A DNA stretch of 64,000 nucleotides from an uncultured virus (IMG/VR IMGVR_UViG_3300045825_000547). Its lineage: Duplodnaviria > Heunggongvirae > Uroviricota > Caudoviricetes. The stretch lies in the IMG/VR virus record IMGVR_UViG_3300045825_000547, one strand, 5' to 3'. A program made the position numbers and the translations under genes. This document shows positions 29,790-40,538 of the stretch, piece after piece. Position 1 is the stretch's first letter. The number at the start of each line of letters is the position of its first letter. The notes under the pieces are model-generated. The model ran no database searches and had not been told where the DNA came from. It saw only the letters and a list, made by a program, of their open reading frames with translations.

Positions 29790-30347
29790 CTAAGCGTATA
29801 TGTATAACCATTCAATTCCGATTTTAGTTCTTGTTCCAGATTTCTGGATAGGAGCGTCGTTAACAAAACGAGCAACCAATAACCCTTTAGGGAAACCAGG
29901 TAATGCCGCGGTTCTTAGACCCACTTCCCATATATCCACACTAGGTGTCTCAAATGCAGCTAATCCCGGGGTAGAAGAGTTTAATTCTGATAGATAGCGA
30001 GTCTGTCCATCAATTGTTGGGAACTCATGTGTTACCGGGGAGAATACTCCTTCTGTGAGTGGGTTAGTTGTGTAGAGAGGTGTTTCTAAATTTGTATCGC
30101 TGTACGATGCTGCAGTAGTGTGACCAGTTCCCCATTCAATTCTAGATATTGCGTAGGTTGAATCACCAGCAGAGGTGTGGGCAGCCATTATCTTAGCTTG
30201 CACGCATGCAGTGTTAGGTCTGAGTGTTGGGAGCTTTACCCTACTAATATCTCTTCCGGTAATTGTGTCGAACACCCTAATGGATACCAACCCAGGTGGT
30301 TGGAACCTCCCTGCGTATGCCACATCTGTTAGTAGTATATTGCTCAT
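29790..30347 (-). CDS. tail-collar/baseplate fibre-attachment protein
   Basis: WGTG...DTNLETP...EVGL...LVAR...PIQK pattern. Confidence 0.6.
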   Translation of the reverse strand: MSNILLTDVAYAGRFQPPGLVSIRVFDTITGRDISRVKLPTLRPNTACVQAKIMAAHTSAGDSTYAISRIEWGTGHTTAASYSDTNLETPLYTTNPLTEGVFSPVTHEFPTIDGQTRYLSELNSSTPGLAAFETPSVDIWEVGLRTAALPGFPKGLLVARFVNDAPIQKSGTRTKIGIEWLYIYA

Positions 30348-30357
30348 ATTTTCCTCT

Positions 30358-30855
30358 CTATATAAATGTCGTAGCCACCGTAGCTTGTTGAAGCTGGATG
30401 GCGTAATCTTTGCTCTTAGGGTATTGCTTTAAATCGCAACACGTCTGTCTTCTATCAGGGTGTTCCCCTACAGATATAGTAGGCTGTTCCCCATATTGTA
30501 ATTTCACTCTATATATATACATCCCTCTAGAAATTATTGCTTCGTAGAAATTAATCATGAAGCTGCTAAGTCTAGCGTAACTAAGGCCTTTCGGTTTTTC
30601 CCTAGTCAATGTTACTTGGGTAGCCATATCTTTTTCAAAATCTATCTCTACCTTCTCCACCCAATAAAGCGTGTAGAACTTACTAATACTGGTCAATTCT
30701 TGCTCTAAGAAGAAAAACAATTTGTGGTATTTGTCTGGATCCTCCACGGCTTCCGGGCTGTATAAGATGTGTTTCATTCCGTCTTGCAGCTTCTTGTTCA
30801 ATACCTCTTCTAGAATGGCTTTGCCCTCTATTGAGTTATAATCCTGTTTTTCCAT
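30358..30855 (-). CDS. hypothetical protein
   Basis: AAGGA RBS; heads the minus-strand operon. Confidence 0.6.
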   Translation of the reverse strand: MEKQDYNSIEGKAILEEVLNKKLQDGMKHILYSPEAVEDPDKYHKLFFFLEQELTSISKFYTLYWVEKVEIDFEKDMATQVTLTREKPKGLSYARLSSFMINFYEAIISRGMYIYRVKLQYGEQPTISVGEHPDRRQTCCDLKQYPKSKDYAIQLQQATVATTFI

Positions 30856-30957
30856 TGTGCGATTCCTTCTCTAACGTAATAATACCACTCCCGTGCTAAT
30901 ATTACCTTTAGCGTGAGAGCAAATCAAACCGAAATTGTGATAAGTAGGAGACAAAAA

Positions 30958-33558
30958 ATGATTACCTATGCACCTAGAATAAAACCAGGCATTCAAGTAA
31001 CTGAAACTATTGTTCAGTCTGCCACCCAACCTGTAGCTCCAACTCTTGCTTCTGTAGTAGTTGGGCCTCAGATCTTAGTTCAAACACCAATAGATGTTGG
31101 AACTAAATACACAGGCTCTGCAACAACTGTTGTATTTCCTAATATAGAGAGTGCTGCAAAAGTGAAAACTTCCTCTATAGCTATAACCCTAAAAGATATC
31201 ATAGTTACTGTGCTTGGTCAAGATGAGACCTTAGCGGGTACCGTAGATGTTCCTGGGTTAGATGTGCATGCTAAAAGATTTTTATCAGCTCCTACCAAGA
31301 CTGGAATAATGCTTGGTGTGAAAGTGGGAGACACTGTGGATGCTGTTGAGTCAGTATCGAATGGTGCCGTTGGTGCAGTAGATGCAATCGACTTAAGAAC
31401 CCTTTCATCTGCAGGAACTCCGTTCACTACCGCAATTGCTGGCGACATCATTGTTGTAACAGACTCTGCAACAGCGAGAGTGGTAACTGCAAACATATCA
31501 TCTGTTGCTACTGGTGGTGGTTCTCTTACCACTGATGCTGATCTTCCAGCAGCTACTGGTCTTACATGGGTAATAACCAGAAATTTCTCTGCTACTGTAG
31601 TAGGGATACCGACAGACACAAAATTAGAATTAAATAAAGAGCTTTCTATATCTGGTTCAGCAGTGAACACCTTTAAAGTGAAAAGAACTCTAATTGCAAC
31701 AGGTTCTGCTACCGCTGACCAACCGTTAGCTGCAGGAACTCAAGCTGTGGGTAGTGGGTCTTATACTTTAGCTACCACATCTACAACCAATGACTCTTTT
31801 ATCCTTTCTTCTAACTTAAGAGTGAGTGGGTTTAACAGCTTCAATGCGTACCCAGTTGTTCAATTGACTGGTGTTCAGTTAGAAGTGGATACAACTACAA
31901 CTATAATAAAAAACCAAACAGGTGCGACAACCCCTGTAATATTCGGAGACATTTTAAGAGTAGGGGATATCATCCTTCTTGGTGGAGGTGTTACCAGATA
32001 CACAGTGACAAACGTTAATACAACTACAAATAAAATTACCCTATCTGCCTCAGCAGGAACAGCCGGTGATCTATTTGTAACTATAAATATTCCTGAGAAA
32101 AATAAACCTGTTGCAGTTTCTACTGTAAACGTAGAGTATAGAGCGCTCAGAGTGGCTAATGCGGGTAAACTCCTTGAAATAGGTTCTGCTGCGTTAGTTG
32201 AATCAATTGCCGGTGTGTTTCACCCTGATAATCCTTTAGGTGTTGGTGCGACTATGCAAGCAGCTAACACAGGAACCATAACATATGTGGTACCGATAGA
32301 GTCTGATGATGAGCAAGGATATTTAAAAGCGTTCTCTATGTTAGAGAGTAAAGATGTGTACTCGATTGCCCCGCTTTCTCAAAGCTTAACCGTACAAAGT
32401 TTTGCTAAATCACATGCTGATGCGATGAGTACTCCTATTAAAGCTCGTTGGAGAGTAATATTTGGTAATTTAGCTGAACCGACAGAAGGAACAACCCCTG
32501 AAGTTCATGGTGGGTCTTTGATCCTCTCTGTTACTTTAGATGTTAATAGTCAACCAGATACAGGGTCTACCATCTACTTATACAACTCAAGAGCAAATTT
32601 TGCTACTGGTGTTAGTGTGGGTGACTACATAAAAGTGTGGAGCAGCACAGGTGTTAGCAGCACAATCGGAAGCAGCGGGTCACAAACCTATACTAATAGT
32701 TTAGGAACTACTCGTTACTTCAGAATATACAGAGTAATTGAGAAAATCAACTCATCTAAATTAAAATTAGAAACACTCCCTTACCAAGGTAGTGATGGAA
32801 TCTATACAAACGTGAGTGTGGGTACAGCAGAAGCTACTACTCATATCGTAGGTTATCAAGTAATACAAGTGCTCACTCTTTCTGAGGTTGCACAAACTAT
32901 TGCGAACATAGCAGCAAGTTTCTCTGACAGAAGATTTATCTATGTAACAAACGGAAGCTGTGTGTTAAGTTTCACCGGTAGCCCAGTAGAGCTCCCAGGG
33001 TTCTACATCTCTGCAGCACTTTCTGGCTTGTGTTCTGGAACATTCCCTCACCAACCCCTCACCAACTATCCAATTGCTGGAGTTCTTGGGGTAAGAGGTG
33101 GAGCAGATAAATACGATGATACACAACAAGGGATAATCGCAGCAGGTGGTGGATGGTTAACTACTCAAGATGCTATAGACCAATCTCTTCCTTACACATG
33201 GCAACAACTTACCACTTCTAGTGGTGATGTGAAAGAGCAAGAGTTTTCGTTCACTAAGAATCTTGATGAGATTGCTAAAGCGATTGTAATAAATGATAGA
33301 AGATTCCCAGGAAGAAACAACAACGTGGCTGAAGCTCGTCAAGCAGTTGATGCGCAAACCATAGCAGTGTTAGACGCTAGAAAGAGCAATTCTCAAAACT
33401 CCCCTACCGGTGGAATCTTAGGAACACAAATCATATCTTACTCTTATGGTGGATTGGTCCAAGATCCTGTGTTGAAAGACGTGGCGTTTTGTGATATCCA
33501 AGTGGTTCTTCCGCTTCCACTCAATACCATTAAATTCAACATATTAGCGGTAGCTTAA
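30958..33558 (+). CDS. tail sheath protein with large insertion domains
   Basis: N-terminal PG-I-x-V-x-E; C-terminal AALSG...PHQPLTN; LPLNTI end; AGGAG RBS before ATG 30958. Confidence 0.8.
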   Translation: MITYAPRIKPGIQVTETIVQSATQPVAPTLASVVVGPQILVQTPIDVGTKYTGSATTVVFPNIESAAKVKTSSIAITLKDIIVTVLGQDETLAGTVDVPGLDVHAKRFLSAPTKTGIMLGVKVGDTVDAVESVSNGAVGAVDAIDLRTLSSAGTPFTTAIAGDIIVVTDSATARVVTANISSVATGGGSLTTDADLPAATGLTWVITRNFSATVVGIPTDTKLELNKELSISGSAVNTFKVKRTLIATGSATADQPLAAGTQAVGSGSYTLATTSTTNDSFILSSNLRVSGFNSFNAYPVVQLTGVQLEVDTTTTIIKNQTGATTPVIFGDILRVGDIILLGGGVTRYTVTNVNTTTNKITLSASAGTAGDLFVTINIPEKNKPVAVSTVNVEYRALRVANAGKLLEIGSAALVESIAGVFHPDNPLGVGATMQAANTGTITYVVPIESDDEQGYLKAFSMLESKDVYSIAPLSQSLTVQSFAKSHADAMSTPIKARWRVIFGNLAEPTEGTTPEVHGGSLILSVTLDVNSQPDTGSTIYLYNSRANFATGVSVGDYIKVWSSTGVSSTIGSSGSQTYTNSLGTTRYFRIYRVIEKINSSKLKLETLPYQGSDGIYTNVSVGTAEATTHIVGYQVIQVLTLSEVAQTIANIAASFSDRRFIYVTNGSCVLSFTGSPVELPGFYISAALSGLCSGTFPHQPLTNYPIAGVLGVRGGADKYDDTQQGIIAAGGGWLTTQDAIDQSLPYTWQQLTTSSGDVKEQEFSFTKNLDEIAKAIVINDRRFPGRNNNVAEARQAVDAQTIAVLDARKSNSQNSPTGGILGTQIISYSYGGLVQDPVLKDVAFCDIQVVLPLPLNTIKFNILAVA

Positions 33559-33585
33559 TAGAAATACCATAAGGAGGAAAGAATT

Positions 33586-34431
33586 ATGGCAGGAAATGTT
33601 TCAGATATCCTTAAGGGGTATTTGCATAAAACAGTAAGAAGATTAATAGACGCAGATTTCTTTAATAGGGTAGTTGAGTTTGATGAAGATCCGGGAAATG
33701 TGGCTAGTAGTGATGCTACCTTCATTTTCGCAGGGCCCCCTGTGTTAAACCCAGAGAATGGGTGGGAAGCTAATAAAATATTGACTACCCAAACAAATGG
33801 CCAACTTGCGGATTATGGTAAAGCTGGGATCTACCAGTATCTTCGCCCTATTGGGGCAGTTCAGCAATTTAGTTTGCAGCAAGGGAGACAGGTTATCCCT
33901 TTCACCGAATTAGGTAGTAGATTAAAAAGACAAGTTGTGGGTAGTGGGCAGTATAGTGCAAATCTCGCCAGAGTTCTATCAAGAAGTACTAACTTAAAAG
34001 CTTCACTCTACTCATGGCTCCCGCTCTTTATGAAAAATATAAGACCAGACATGAATCAACAATTAGCACTCGCGGTAACCCCATCTGTAGTAATGGATAA
34101 GAAGGGGAGATACTGGGAACACTTTCAATGGATCGGGATGGAGAGTGAGATATTCAATCTTCCCTTTGGTCTCCTTTGTATAACAGGAACCGCTGGTGGG
34201 AATTTCGTTCACGCGGAGTACCTAGAGCGTTGCTACATGCCAAATTACTCTAAAGGGGTAAGTGCTGGGAGTGCAATGATTGTTGAGAATGCGAGTATCA
34301 TGGTTACTCGTCCAGTGGCGTTTACTACATCGAATAATGATTCATTAATCCCTACAGAACTTTTATTAAAGAAATCTGCGGCAGATACTTTTGCATTAGA
34401 AGAGTTTACAACAGTAGCCCCAGTTGGGTAA
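33586..34431 (+). CDS. tail tube protein, paralogue 1
   Basis: Follows the sheath; PIGAVQQFS-Q-RQV-P--ELGS; YLERC. Confidence 0.7.
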   Translation: MAGNVSDILKGYLHKTVRRLIDADFFNRVVEFDEDPGNVASSDATFIFAGPPVLNPENGWEANKILTTQTNGQLADYGKAGIYQYLRPIGAVQQFSLQQGRQVIPFTELGSRLKRQVVGSGQYSANLARVLSRSTNLKASLYSWLPLFMKNIRPDMNQQLALAVTPSVVMDKKGRYWEHFQWIGMESEIFNLPFGLLCITGTAGGNFVHAEYLERCYMPNYSKGVSAGSAMIVENASIMVTRPVAFTTSNNDSLIPTELLLKKSAADTFALEEFTTVAPVG

Positions 34432-34445
34432 GAAGGAGAAAAATT

Positions 34446-35201
34446 ATGGCAGAAAAAAAAGTTAGTGAAATCCTTTCTGGGTTTCTCTATGACACAACAA
34501 AATCTCTAGTGGATGTAGACTTTTTCAATAAAGTTATGCAGTTTGATGACGATGCATCTAACGTGGCAAGTGGGGAGGCGACTTTCATTTTCGCAGGACC
34601 TCCTATTTTACGAAACACTAAGTACAAACAACCAATTACAAACTACCTCCGCCCCGTAGGTGCGGTACAGCAATACAGCTTAAATGAGGGGAAGCAAATT
34701 GTTCCTTTTCCTGAGCTTGGTAGCAAATTGAAAAGATATGCTTCAGGGATTACTCAATATAGTGCTAATCTAGCAAGGGTGCTCACAATGCATTCTAATA
34801 TAGACTACGCTCTCTACTCATGGCTCCCTTCGTTTATGCTAGATCATCACGGCACTACTGATTTGAAACTTGCTATAGCTCCAGGGGCTAACAAGAGCCA
34901 GCATTGGGTTAGTAAAGAAAGTGAGATTTATTTAATCCCATTTGGCCTTCTTTGTATATCCGGGACTGCTGGTGGTGAGATAATCCATGCGGAGTACCTA
35001 GAGCGTTGTTTCATACAAGGAGGAGGAAATGCTAAAGCAGCAGGAAGTCCTCTTATTGTTGATAACGTAGGTGTGTTGGTTACGCGTCCTATCGCATTCA
35101 CTGATGCTACTGGAAAAAGTCTCCTTACCACCACATCTCTTGCGCAGAAAAGTCTTCAAACTTACCAGCTTCCTGCTGACTTAGAAGCATTAGCGGGTTA
35201 A
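34446..35201 (+). CDS. tail tube protein, paralogue 2
   Basis: Closely similar to paralogue 1 along its length. Confidence 0.7.
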   Translation: MAEKKVSEILSGFLYDTTKSLVDVDFFNKVMQFDDDASNVASGEATFIFAGPPILRNTKYKQPITNYLRPVGAVQQYSLNEGKQIVPFPELGSKLKRYASGITQYSANLARVLTMHSNIDYALYSWLPSFMLDHHGTTDLKLAIAPGANKSQHWVSKESEIYLIPFGLLCISGTAGGEIIHAEYLERCFIQGGGNAKAAGSPLIVDNVGVLVTRPIAFTDATGKSLLTTTSLAQKSLQTYQLPADLEALAG

Positions 35202-35208
35202 TACTACT

Positions 35209-36159
35209 ATGGCAGGTGCTATATCAATATCAGTCCTTGTTAGGGACTTATTAGAGGATGGTGAGGGAGGCTTACAACAGCTAGACCCTGCTAACCACTT
35301 TAATAGTCGTGCGACCTCTATAGATATTATCTCTGGGGGAAACATAATGATATGGGTAGGCCCTCCTTTAGAAAAGCAAGCACTTAAATATCCTAGATAC
35401 TTAAAACCAATCGGCACCTGTACCGCTTTCAGTGGGCAGGAAGCTAGGAATTGGATACCTGTGACGGAGTTTGGTGAACAACACGTTTACCGTATTCCTG
35501 GAAAAATGCAACTTGCCTTGAATATAAGTAGAATCCAAACAGCCGCAGGGGATCTTTATCGTACACTATACTCATGGCTTCAAAAACATTGGGGCGAGTT
35601 ACAGTACGATCAAATCACTTGGCATGAATCCCCATCAATCTTCGATGAGACCGGTTTTGGGGCAACAGAGCCAGGAGAGGATGGGCCAACCACCGGTGCA
35701 GTCGGGAAAGAGTTTTTTGTGGGGGCACAACAAATCAAAAACCCATCATCAGAACTACTCATGATGCCCTTTGGTCTTCTTATGGTTCAATTTGACCAAG
35801 GCTACAACATAGTTAAGAAACAATATGCAGAAAACTGTAAAATCAGTGGTAAGTCTTGGGGATTTAACCCAAACAGCCCTATGGTTGAGGAATCTGGTAC
35901 TATCTTCCCTTTTCGTATTTGTCCCACCTTAATAAGTGTGAGTATGAAAGCTAAAACAGATTTTAACATAGCCGATGCGACTGTTGTTTCTGGGGCAGGT
36001 GGTGGAAATGGGGCAGGGACTACAGATACTGCTTCTAGCCGTGTTAACGCTGCAGAGGCGGGTCTTAGGGGGGATGCTAGAAACAGAAACACAATTCCTT
36101 TACCGGATCAATTAAGTGACACCACAACCGTAACACTAAACAACATAACCAGACTATAG
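35209..36159 (+). CDS. tail tube-like protein, paralogue 3
   Basis: Shares GPP, L-x-PIG, LYSWL, PFGLL and ENC motifs. Confidence 0.6.
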   Translation: MAGAISISVLVRDLLEDGEGGLQQLDPANHFNSRATSIDIISGGNIMIWVGPPLEKQALKYPRYLKPIGTCTAFSGQEARNWIPVTEFGEQHVYRIPGKMQLALNISRIQTAAGDLYRTLYSWLQKHWGELQYDQITWHESPSIFDETGFGATEPGEDGPTTGAVGKEFFVGAQQIKNPSSELLMMPFGLLMVQFDQGYNIVKKQYAENCKISGKSWGFNPNSPMVEESGTIFPFRICPTLISVSMKAKTDFNIADATVVSGAGGGNGAGTTDTASSRVNAAEAGLRGDARNRNTIPLPDQLSDTTTVTLNNITRL

Positions 36160-36164
36160 TTACG

Positions 36165-36950
36165 TCATTTCTTCTTCTGAAAATACATCTCTAAGGCCAT
36201 ATATCCGTCTTTATACATCTTTGCTATCTCTTCTTTGGTGAAATCAAACCTTAAATTAGAAAACTCGCTCTTTAGTGTTATGTCATTAGCTAAAGGGCAG
36301 CTTTCTATGTCTATTCTCTCATTTAGTGCGGGTAGAAGGGAAAACAACGCCCCTAGATACGATTTTTTCGGATCGGGTTGTTCATCTGCGGAGAATATTC
36401 TTAGTGAAATCGTTTCTTCTGTGTTCCCAAACAAACGAAGCGGACGATTCATCGAGCAACCTCCATCCACATGAATATCTCCGTTTATATCTACATGCTC
36501 AAATACTCCCGGGATTGCCATAGATGCTCTAACAACGTGTGCCACTTCTTCCATACAGTTGTTATCCCACACACAAGCACTGTATCTGGTTAAATTAGTA
36601 GTGATCACTTGCAAACGGGCTAGAGATCGGAAAGAAGGGGGGAATAGTTGTCTCATTACTTCAAGGATCTTATTTCCTTTCAGTAAGCCGGAGTTGTTAT
36701 CATCAAAGGGGTTTAGATCAAAGTCTTTCAAGCTAGATAAATTGACCGAAGCAAGTTGCTGCCTTATTTCCCTTTCGGACTTCCCTTGTGCATTTTGTAT
36801 CCCCACAAAGTTTCCCCCACTAACAAAGGCTCTGTTCTTTATAAGGAAGCCATTCTCCATGAGCCACTCAAGCATCCCTACGTAATAGTAGTATAGTGTT
36901 CCACAGCCAGGAAGAACTAAATTGCACTCTCTTTGTTTTAGTATATGCAT
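36165..36950 (-). CDS. patatin-like phospholipase
   Basis: PGCG loop, VSGG nucleophile elbow, RASMAIPGVF, DGG. Confidence 0.85.
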   Translation of the reverse strand: MHILKQRECNLVLPGCGTLYYYYVGMLEWLMENGFLIKNRAFVSGGNFVGIQNAQGKSEREIRQQLASVNLSSLKDFDLNPFDDNNSGLLKGNKILEVMRQLFPPSFRSLARLQVITTNLTRYSACVWDNNCMEEVAHVVRASMAIPGVFEHVDINGDIHVDGGCSMNRPLRLFGNTEETISLRIFSADEQPDPKKSYLGALFSLLPALNERIDIESCPLANDITLKSEFSNLRFDFTKEEIAKMYKDGYMALEMYFQKKK

Positions 36951-36971
36951 GGGGTTTCTCCAGGAAATCGT

Positions 36972-37784
36972 TTAATCTATTTGGGCAGTAAAATCATAGT
37001 TAAGAATATTGGTTAAAACATATTTTACAGTTGGGGCAGCTGCCTGGTTAGGTGCATCGGTAAATACTGTATCAATTATATTGTTAGATGCCGCAATGAG
37101 AGTTAAGATATTCTCCGCCACACCATCTATGTAGAGGTCTTTCTCTTTCTTTATAGCTTGTTTTAATTCCACCGCTTTGCGCATAGTGGTGGCTGCCTCG
37201 GGAAACGATTCGTTAAGAAGGTAGAGCATAGCACTTTCTGCATCGGAGAATAAGTTTGTTCTCCTATCTCTTAGCTCTTGCATACTTTCTGAAAAGCTCA
37301 AGAACTTCATTCTGCTTAGAATAGAATGTCCTACCGAGCCGTCATTGAGGTACCAGTAGATATCCATTTGGCGCGCATAACACAAGCCGGTTCGGGTATC
37401 TCTTACGTATTTTCTTTCTTCCCTCACTACTAAGCCAGTGTAGGTGTTTGATAACATACTGTAGTATTTGTAATACTCCACCACTTTTAACTCCCCATAC
37501 ACGAAAGTTCTCTTTTTGTGATAACCTCTAAGGTCGTAGTCCATTCCTGATAGGTCGTCCGCATTCAAGGGGTTGTAAATTGTAATGAATCCAGGAATTG
37601 TACTGGGTAAGTATGAACTTATCATTAAGTACTTTTCTGCAGTATCGGGGATATCCACATATCGGGTTGTTATATATTGTGAATCTAATCCCCTTTCTTG
37701 GCAATAAGAAAGCATAGCAGTGTAATCACCATCTTGGTGAAGCGTGCTATCATGTGATATTTCATATACAGATGTAGTTGCCAT
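36972..37784 (-). CDS. putative tail-fibre assembly/accessory protein
   Basis: Directly downstream of a fibre gene. Confidence 0.4.
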   Translation of the reverse strand: MATTSVYEISHDSTLHQDGDYTAMLSYCQERGLDSQYITTRYVDIPDTAEKYLMISSYLPSTIPGFITIYNPLNADDLSGMDYDLRGYHKKRTFVYGELKVVEYYKYYSMLSNTYTGLVVREERKYVRDTRTGLCYARQMDIYWYLNDGSVGHSILSRMKFLSFSESMQELRDRRTNLFSDAESAMLYLLNESFPEAATTMRKAVELKQAIKKEKDLYIDGVAENILTLIAASNNIIDTVFTDAPNQAAAPTVKYVLTNILNYDFTAQID

Positions 37785-39713
37785 TTAGAATCTTTGCCCC
37801 GCGATGAATGTCCTAGAAACACGAAAATAGCTATTGTACACAATAACGTTGGTTGTACCGACAGATTTTTGGCTCCCTGCGCCCACCCTGAGTATAGCCC
37901 CGTTAGCGGGTATATTAGTAATGATCGCAGTGCCGCCACTATTTTGGATAACTTCATTGATGTAAAAATACACAGAAACTACCGTTGATAATGTAGTGAT
38001 GACGATATATACACGTCTCTGCACACCCCCTCCTGGAACTGTTGTATTTATTAAGGTCTCCGATGCACCATTTCTCACAACACACTGAATGTTTCCAGAG
38101 TTCACGTTATCCACAGCTCTCAAATAAATTCCTGTATTATCTGCTAAGAAATTACTTGTGGCCATTAACCCAGCACGGAAAGTAAATCTCTGGGCCGCCG
38201 AGCTGGTACTTATTGCTTGCCAGTCAAATTCTATTATTCTGGTGGTATTTCTTGCGTTAGTCCAAAGAATAGAGTTAGCAAATAACCAAAGAGCACTCCC
38301 CGTCGCCGTGGTGCCTGTCTGGAGCGGGATAGTGGTGAAATCCGGTGTAGCTGTTTGGATAGCTGCAGATGCCCCTGTCCCCACTGTTGCAGTCACTAAA
38401 GTGCCTGCAGCTCCTACAGACTCACAACTAAAGTTAGTCTCAAATTCAATTTCTATATTATTAAGTACCGGAAGCACAAATTTAGTATTTGCTTGAATGA
38501 AATTTAATAAATCATTCCCTTTGATTACTTTATCCTGCCAGGGTGTGTAACTCATGAGTGCATTATTTACTACAATTCTGGCTTTAGGGGTATTAGCGTA
38601 TGTACTACTGGTAACAAATATGACAGAGGCGATTGGTATACCTTCTAAAAATGGTACAGTGTCTATTCTGAGTATTTCCTCATCTTGTGCATCAGATGCC
38701 GCTAGTGCGGTAGAGTATGTAGTGTCTCCTAGAATCCCTATTATCTTTTGTGTAGTATCATTTACTGCGTAGTAATGTATGTTATAACAAAATAACTCCC
38801 CGACTTCTGTAAGTTGGTAGGTTCCTGCATTATTTTGGTTATATGCTGCTCTCCCTGATGCCCCGGTGTATCCACCACTTCCACTATAAAGAAGGGGAAA
38901 AGTATCAGCAGTTTTTCTTCTCCAAAGAGGTGAGACTGCAGACCCCGTTCTGTAGAATATTGGAATAGAGGCTGGGCCTGTTAACGCTGCGTAAGAGAAT
39001 ATAATATCTTCATCTTTAAATACCCCGGCATCAACACCAAATTGTGTGTCTGTTGCTAGCGCTCCGTTCCCTAAGGTGAAACCTGACAGGGTGAAACCGG
39101 ATTGGTATTCTGTTTTGATAGTATTGTGTAGGAAGAGGTGTGTTGCCCCTGTCATAGAAAGGCCATGACGTTCATCTCCAAGCAAAATAGTCTGAGCATT
39201 CACGTTATCCCAGTAAAGTGCACATACATAAGAGTATTTAGTTATAATGTCTGTTGAAAATGTCGTTGTCTCTGATAAAACCCCTGCAAGATCATAAAAA
39301 ATATAATGCCAACCCTCCACAGCAGATGTAACCACTGACTCGGTAGTTTTTGTATACTTAGTTCCCTGCACATACACATCAAATGATGCCCCTACAGGCG
39401 TGATAGAGAAAGTACGCGTGCCATTTACAAATGATAGAAGGGCTGTAGCATTATCCGCAGGAACCGGAAAACCGGTGGGGTCTTGGGTAACGGAATAAAG
39501 CGAACCACCAATGGTAGCAGAACTATCAAGAAGTGGCACAATACTGGCAGTTTTCTTAATGTAGATTCCTGAATTGGTGCCCGCAGAATCCTTCACGATT
39601 AAAAGATCCCCCACACTAGGGGAAAACCCACTAACGCCAACAGATGGGTCCGAATCTACTACCCAGAAGGTGATTTCACCCATTGTTGTTTGGTCTTTAA
39701 GAAGTGCTACCAT
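37785..39713 (-). CDS. tail fibre/receptor-binding protein
   Basis: Thr/Gly/Ser-rich beta protein; PTGF, DERHG...HLFLH; lectin-like C-terminus. Confidence 0.65.
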   Translation of the reverse strand: MVALLKDQTTMGEITFWVVDSDPSVGVSGFSPSVGDLLIVKDSAGTNSGIYIKKTASIVPLLDSSATIGGSLYSVTQDPTGFPVPADNATALLSFVNGTRTFSITPVGASFDVYVQGTKYTKTTESVVTSAVEGWHYIFYDLAGVLSETTTFSTDIITKYSYVCALYWDNVNAQTILLGDERHGLSMTGATHLFLHNTIKTEYQSGFTLSGFTLGNGALATDTQFGVDAGVFKDEDIIFSYAALTGPASIPIFYRTGSAVSPLWRRKTADTFPLLYSGSGGYTGASGRAAYNQNNAGTYQLTEVGELFCYNIHYYAVNDTTQKIIGILGDTTYSTALAASDAQDEEILRIDTVPFLEGIPIASVIFVTSSTYANTPKARIVVNNALMSYTPWQDKVIKGNDLLNFIQANTKFVLPVLNNIEIEFETNFSCESVGAAGTLVTATVGTGASAAIQTATPDFTTIPLQTGTTATGSALWLFANSILWTNARNTTRIIEFDWQAISTSSAAQRFTFRAGLMATSNFLADNTGIYLRAVDNVNSGNIQCVVRNGASETLINTTVPGGGVQRRVYIVITTLSTVVSVYFYINEVIQNSGGTAIITNIPANGAILRVGAGSQKSVGTTNVIVYNSYFRVSRTFIAGQRF

Positions 39714-39723
39714 AAAAATCTGC

Positions 39724-40467
39724 CTATCTAATAATTACAAAAGTAACTTTCCAATCTATTGTAGTTGCCGCAATCCCCGTAACTTGAGCACTCACGTTTG
39801 CTCCTGATGCTGTTATTGTTGCACTAGCTGCTGCTAAAGCGCTCGCCTCTGATGTGTAGTCAGAAGAAATAGTACTGATTGTTACAGTTCCCGCACTATT
39901 CACAACTCTTGCAGTTTTCTCATAGGTAACAGATGTATTTGTAGAGGTGTCACCTACTATATACACCTTAAGAAGCATTGTGTTATCAGCGATAGTCGCA
40001 ATTGATCCTATAGAAGTTGGGGTAGCGTTAGAGGTTGTTGCAGAAGCTTGCTGAAATGCATAAGTTGCTCCAGACTTGGTGAGGTCAAAATCAAATAGCG
40101 GTGTGGTGAATCCTAAACCAAATCTAGTATTAGCTTCGTCAAACGCCATCCCACTACCAAAAGTTATTTTCCCTTTTGTTGCGTTAGATGTAGACTGGAA
40201 AGCTAAGTTGTCCCCAGATGCGGTTCCCCCTATAGCTGTTTGTCCTCCAACTCTTCCTAAAAGTTTAAGATAAGCGGTAAGATCGGTAACGACAGAAGGG
40301 ATTACTGTCCAAGCCGTGTCACCTGCTCCAGTTTTTATGTAATGTACCCCACCGAAAAATGCCAAACTATTAACGGCAGCCACAGTTCCAGCAGAGGCAC
40401 TTGGGTCAGCATCCACTGTCATAATAAGCATATCGCCTATTGTTATTTGCTCTAAAATATTTGCCAT
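39724..40467 (-). CDS. virion fibre protein
   Basis: GRVGGQTAIGGTASGDNL motif; N-terminus shared with 37785 and C-terminus shared with 40539. Confidence 0.6.
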   Translation of the reverse strand: MANILEQITIGDMLIMTVDADPSASAGTVAAVNSLAFFGGVHYIKTGAGDTAWTVIPSVVTDLTAYLKLLGRVGGQTAIGGTASGDNLAFQSTSNATKGKITFGSGMAFDEANTRFGLGFTTPLFDFDLTKSGATYAFQQASATTSNATPTSIGSIATIADNTMLLKVYIVGDTSTNTSVTYEKTARVVNSAGTVTISTISSDYTSEASALAAASATITASGANVSAQVTGIAATTIDWKVTFVIIR

Positions 40468-40538
40468 GATGCTGTCTCCCTCTTGCCTTTCACAAGATTT
40501 TGTTTTATATTCTAATTGTACCTAGAGTTGGGTAAAGT

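Noticed and set aside
30958..36159. Bacterial eCIS or tailocin locus
   Set aside because: Capsid, portal and replication genes in the same window indicate a complete phage.
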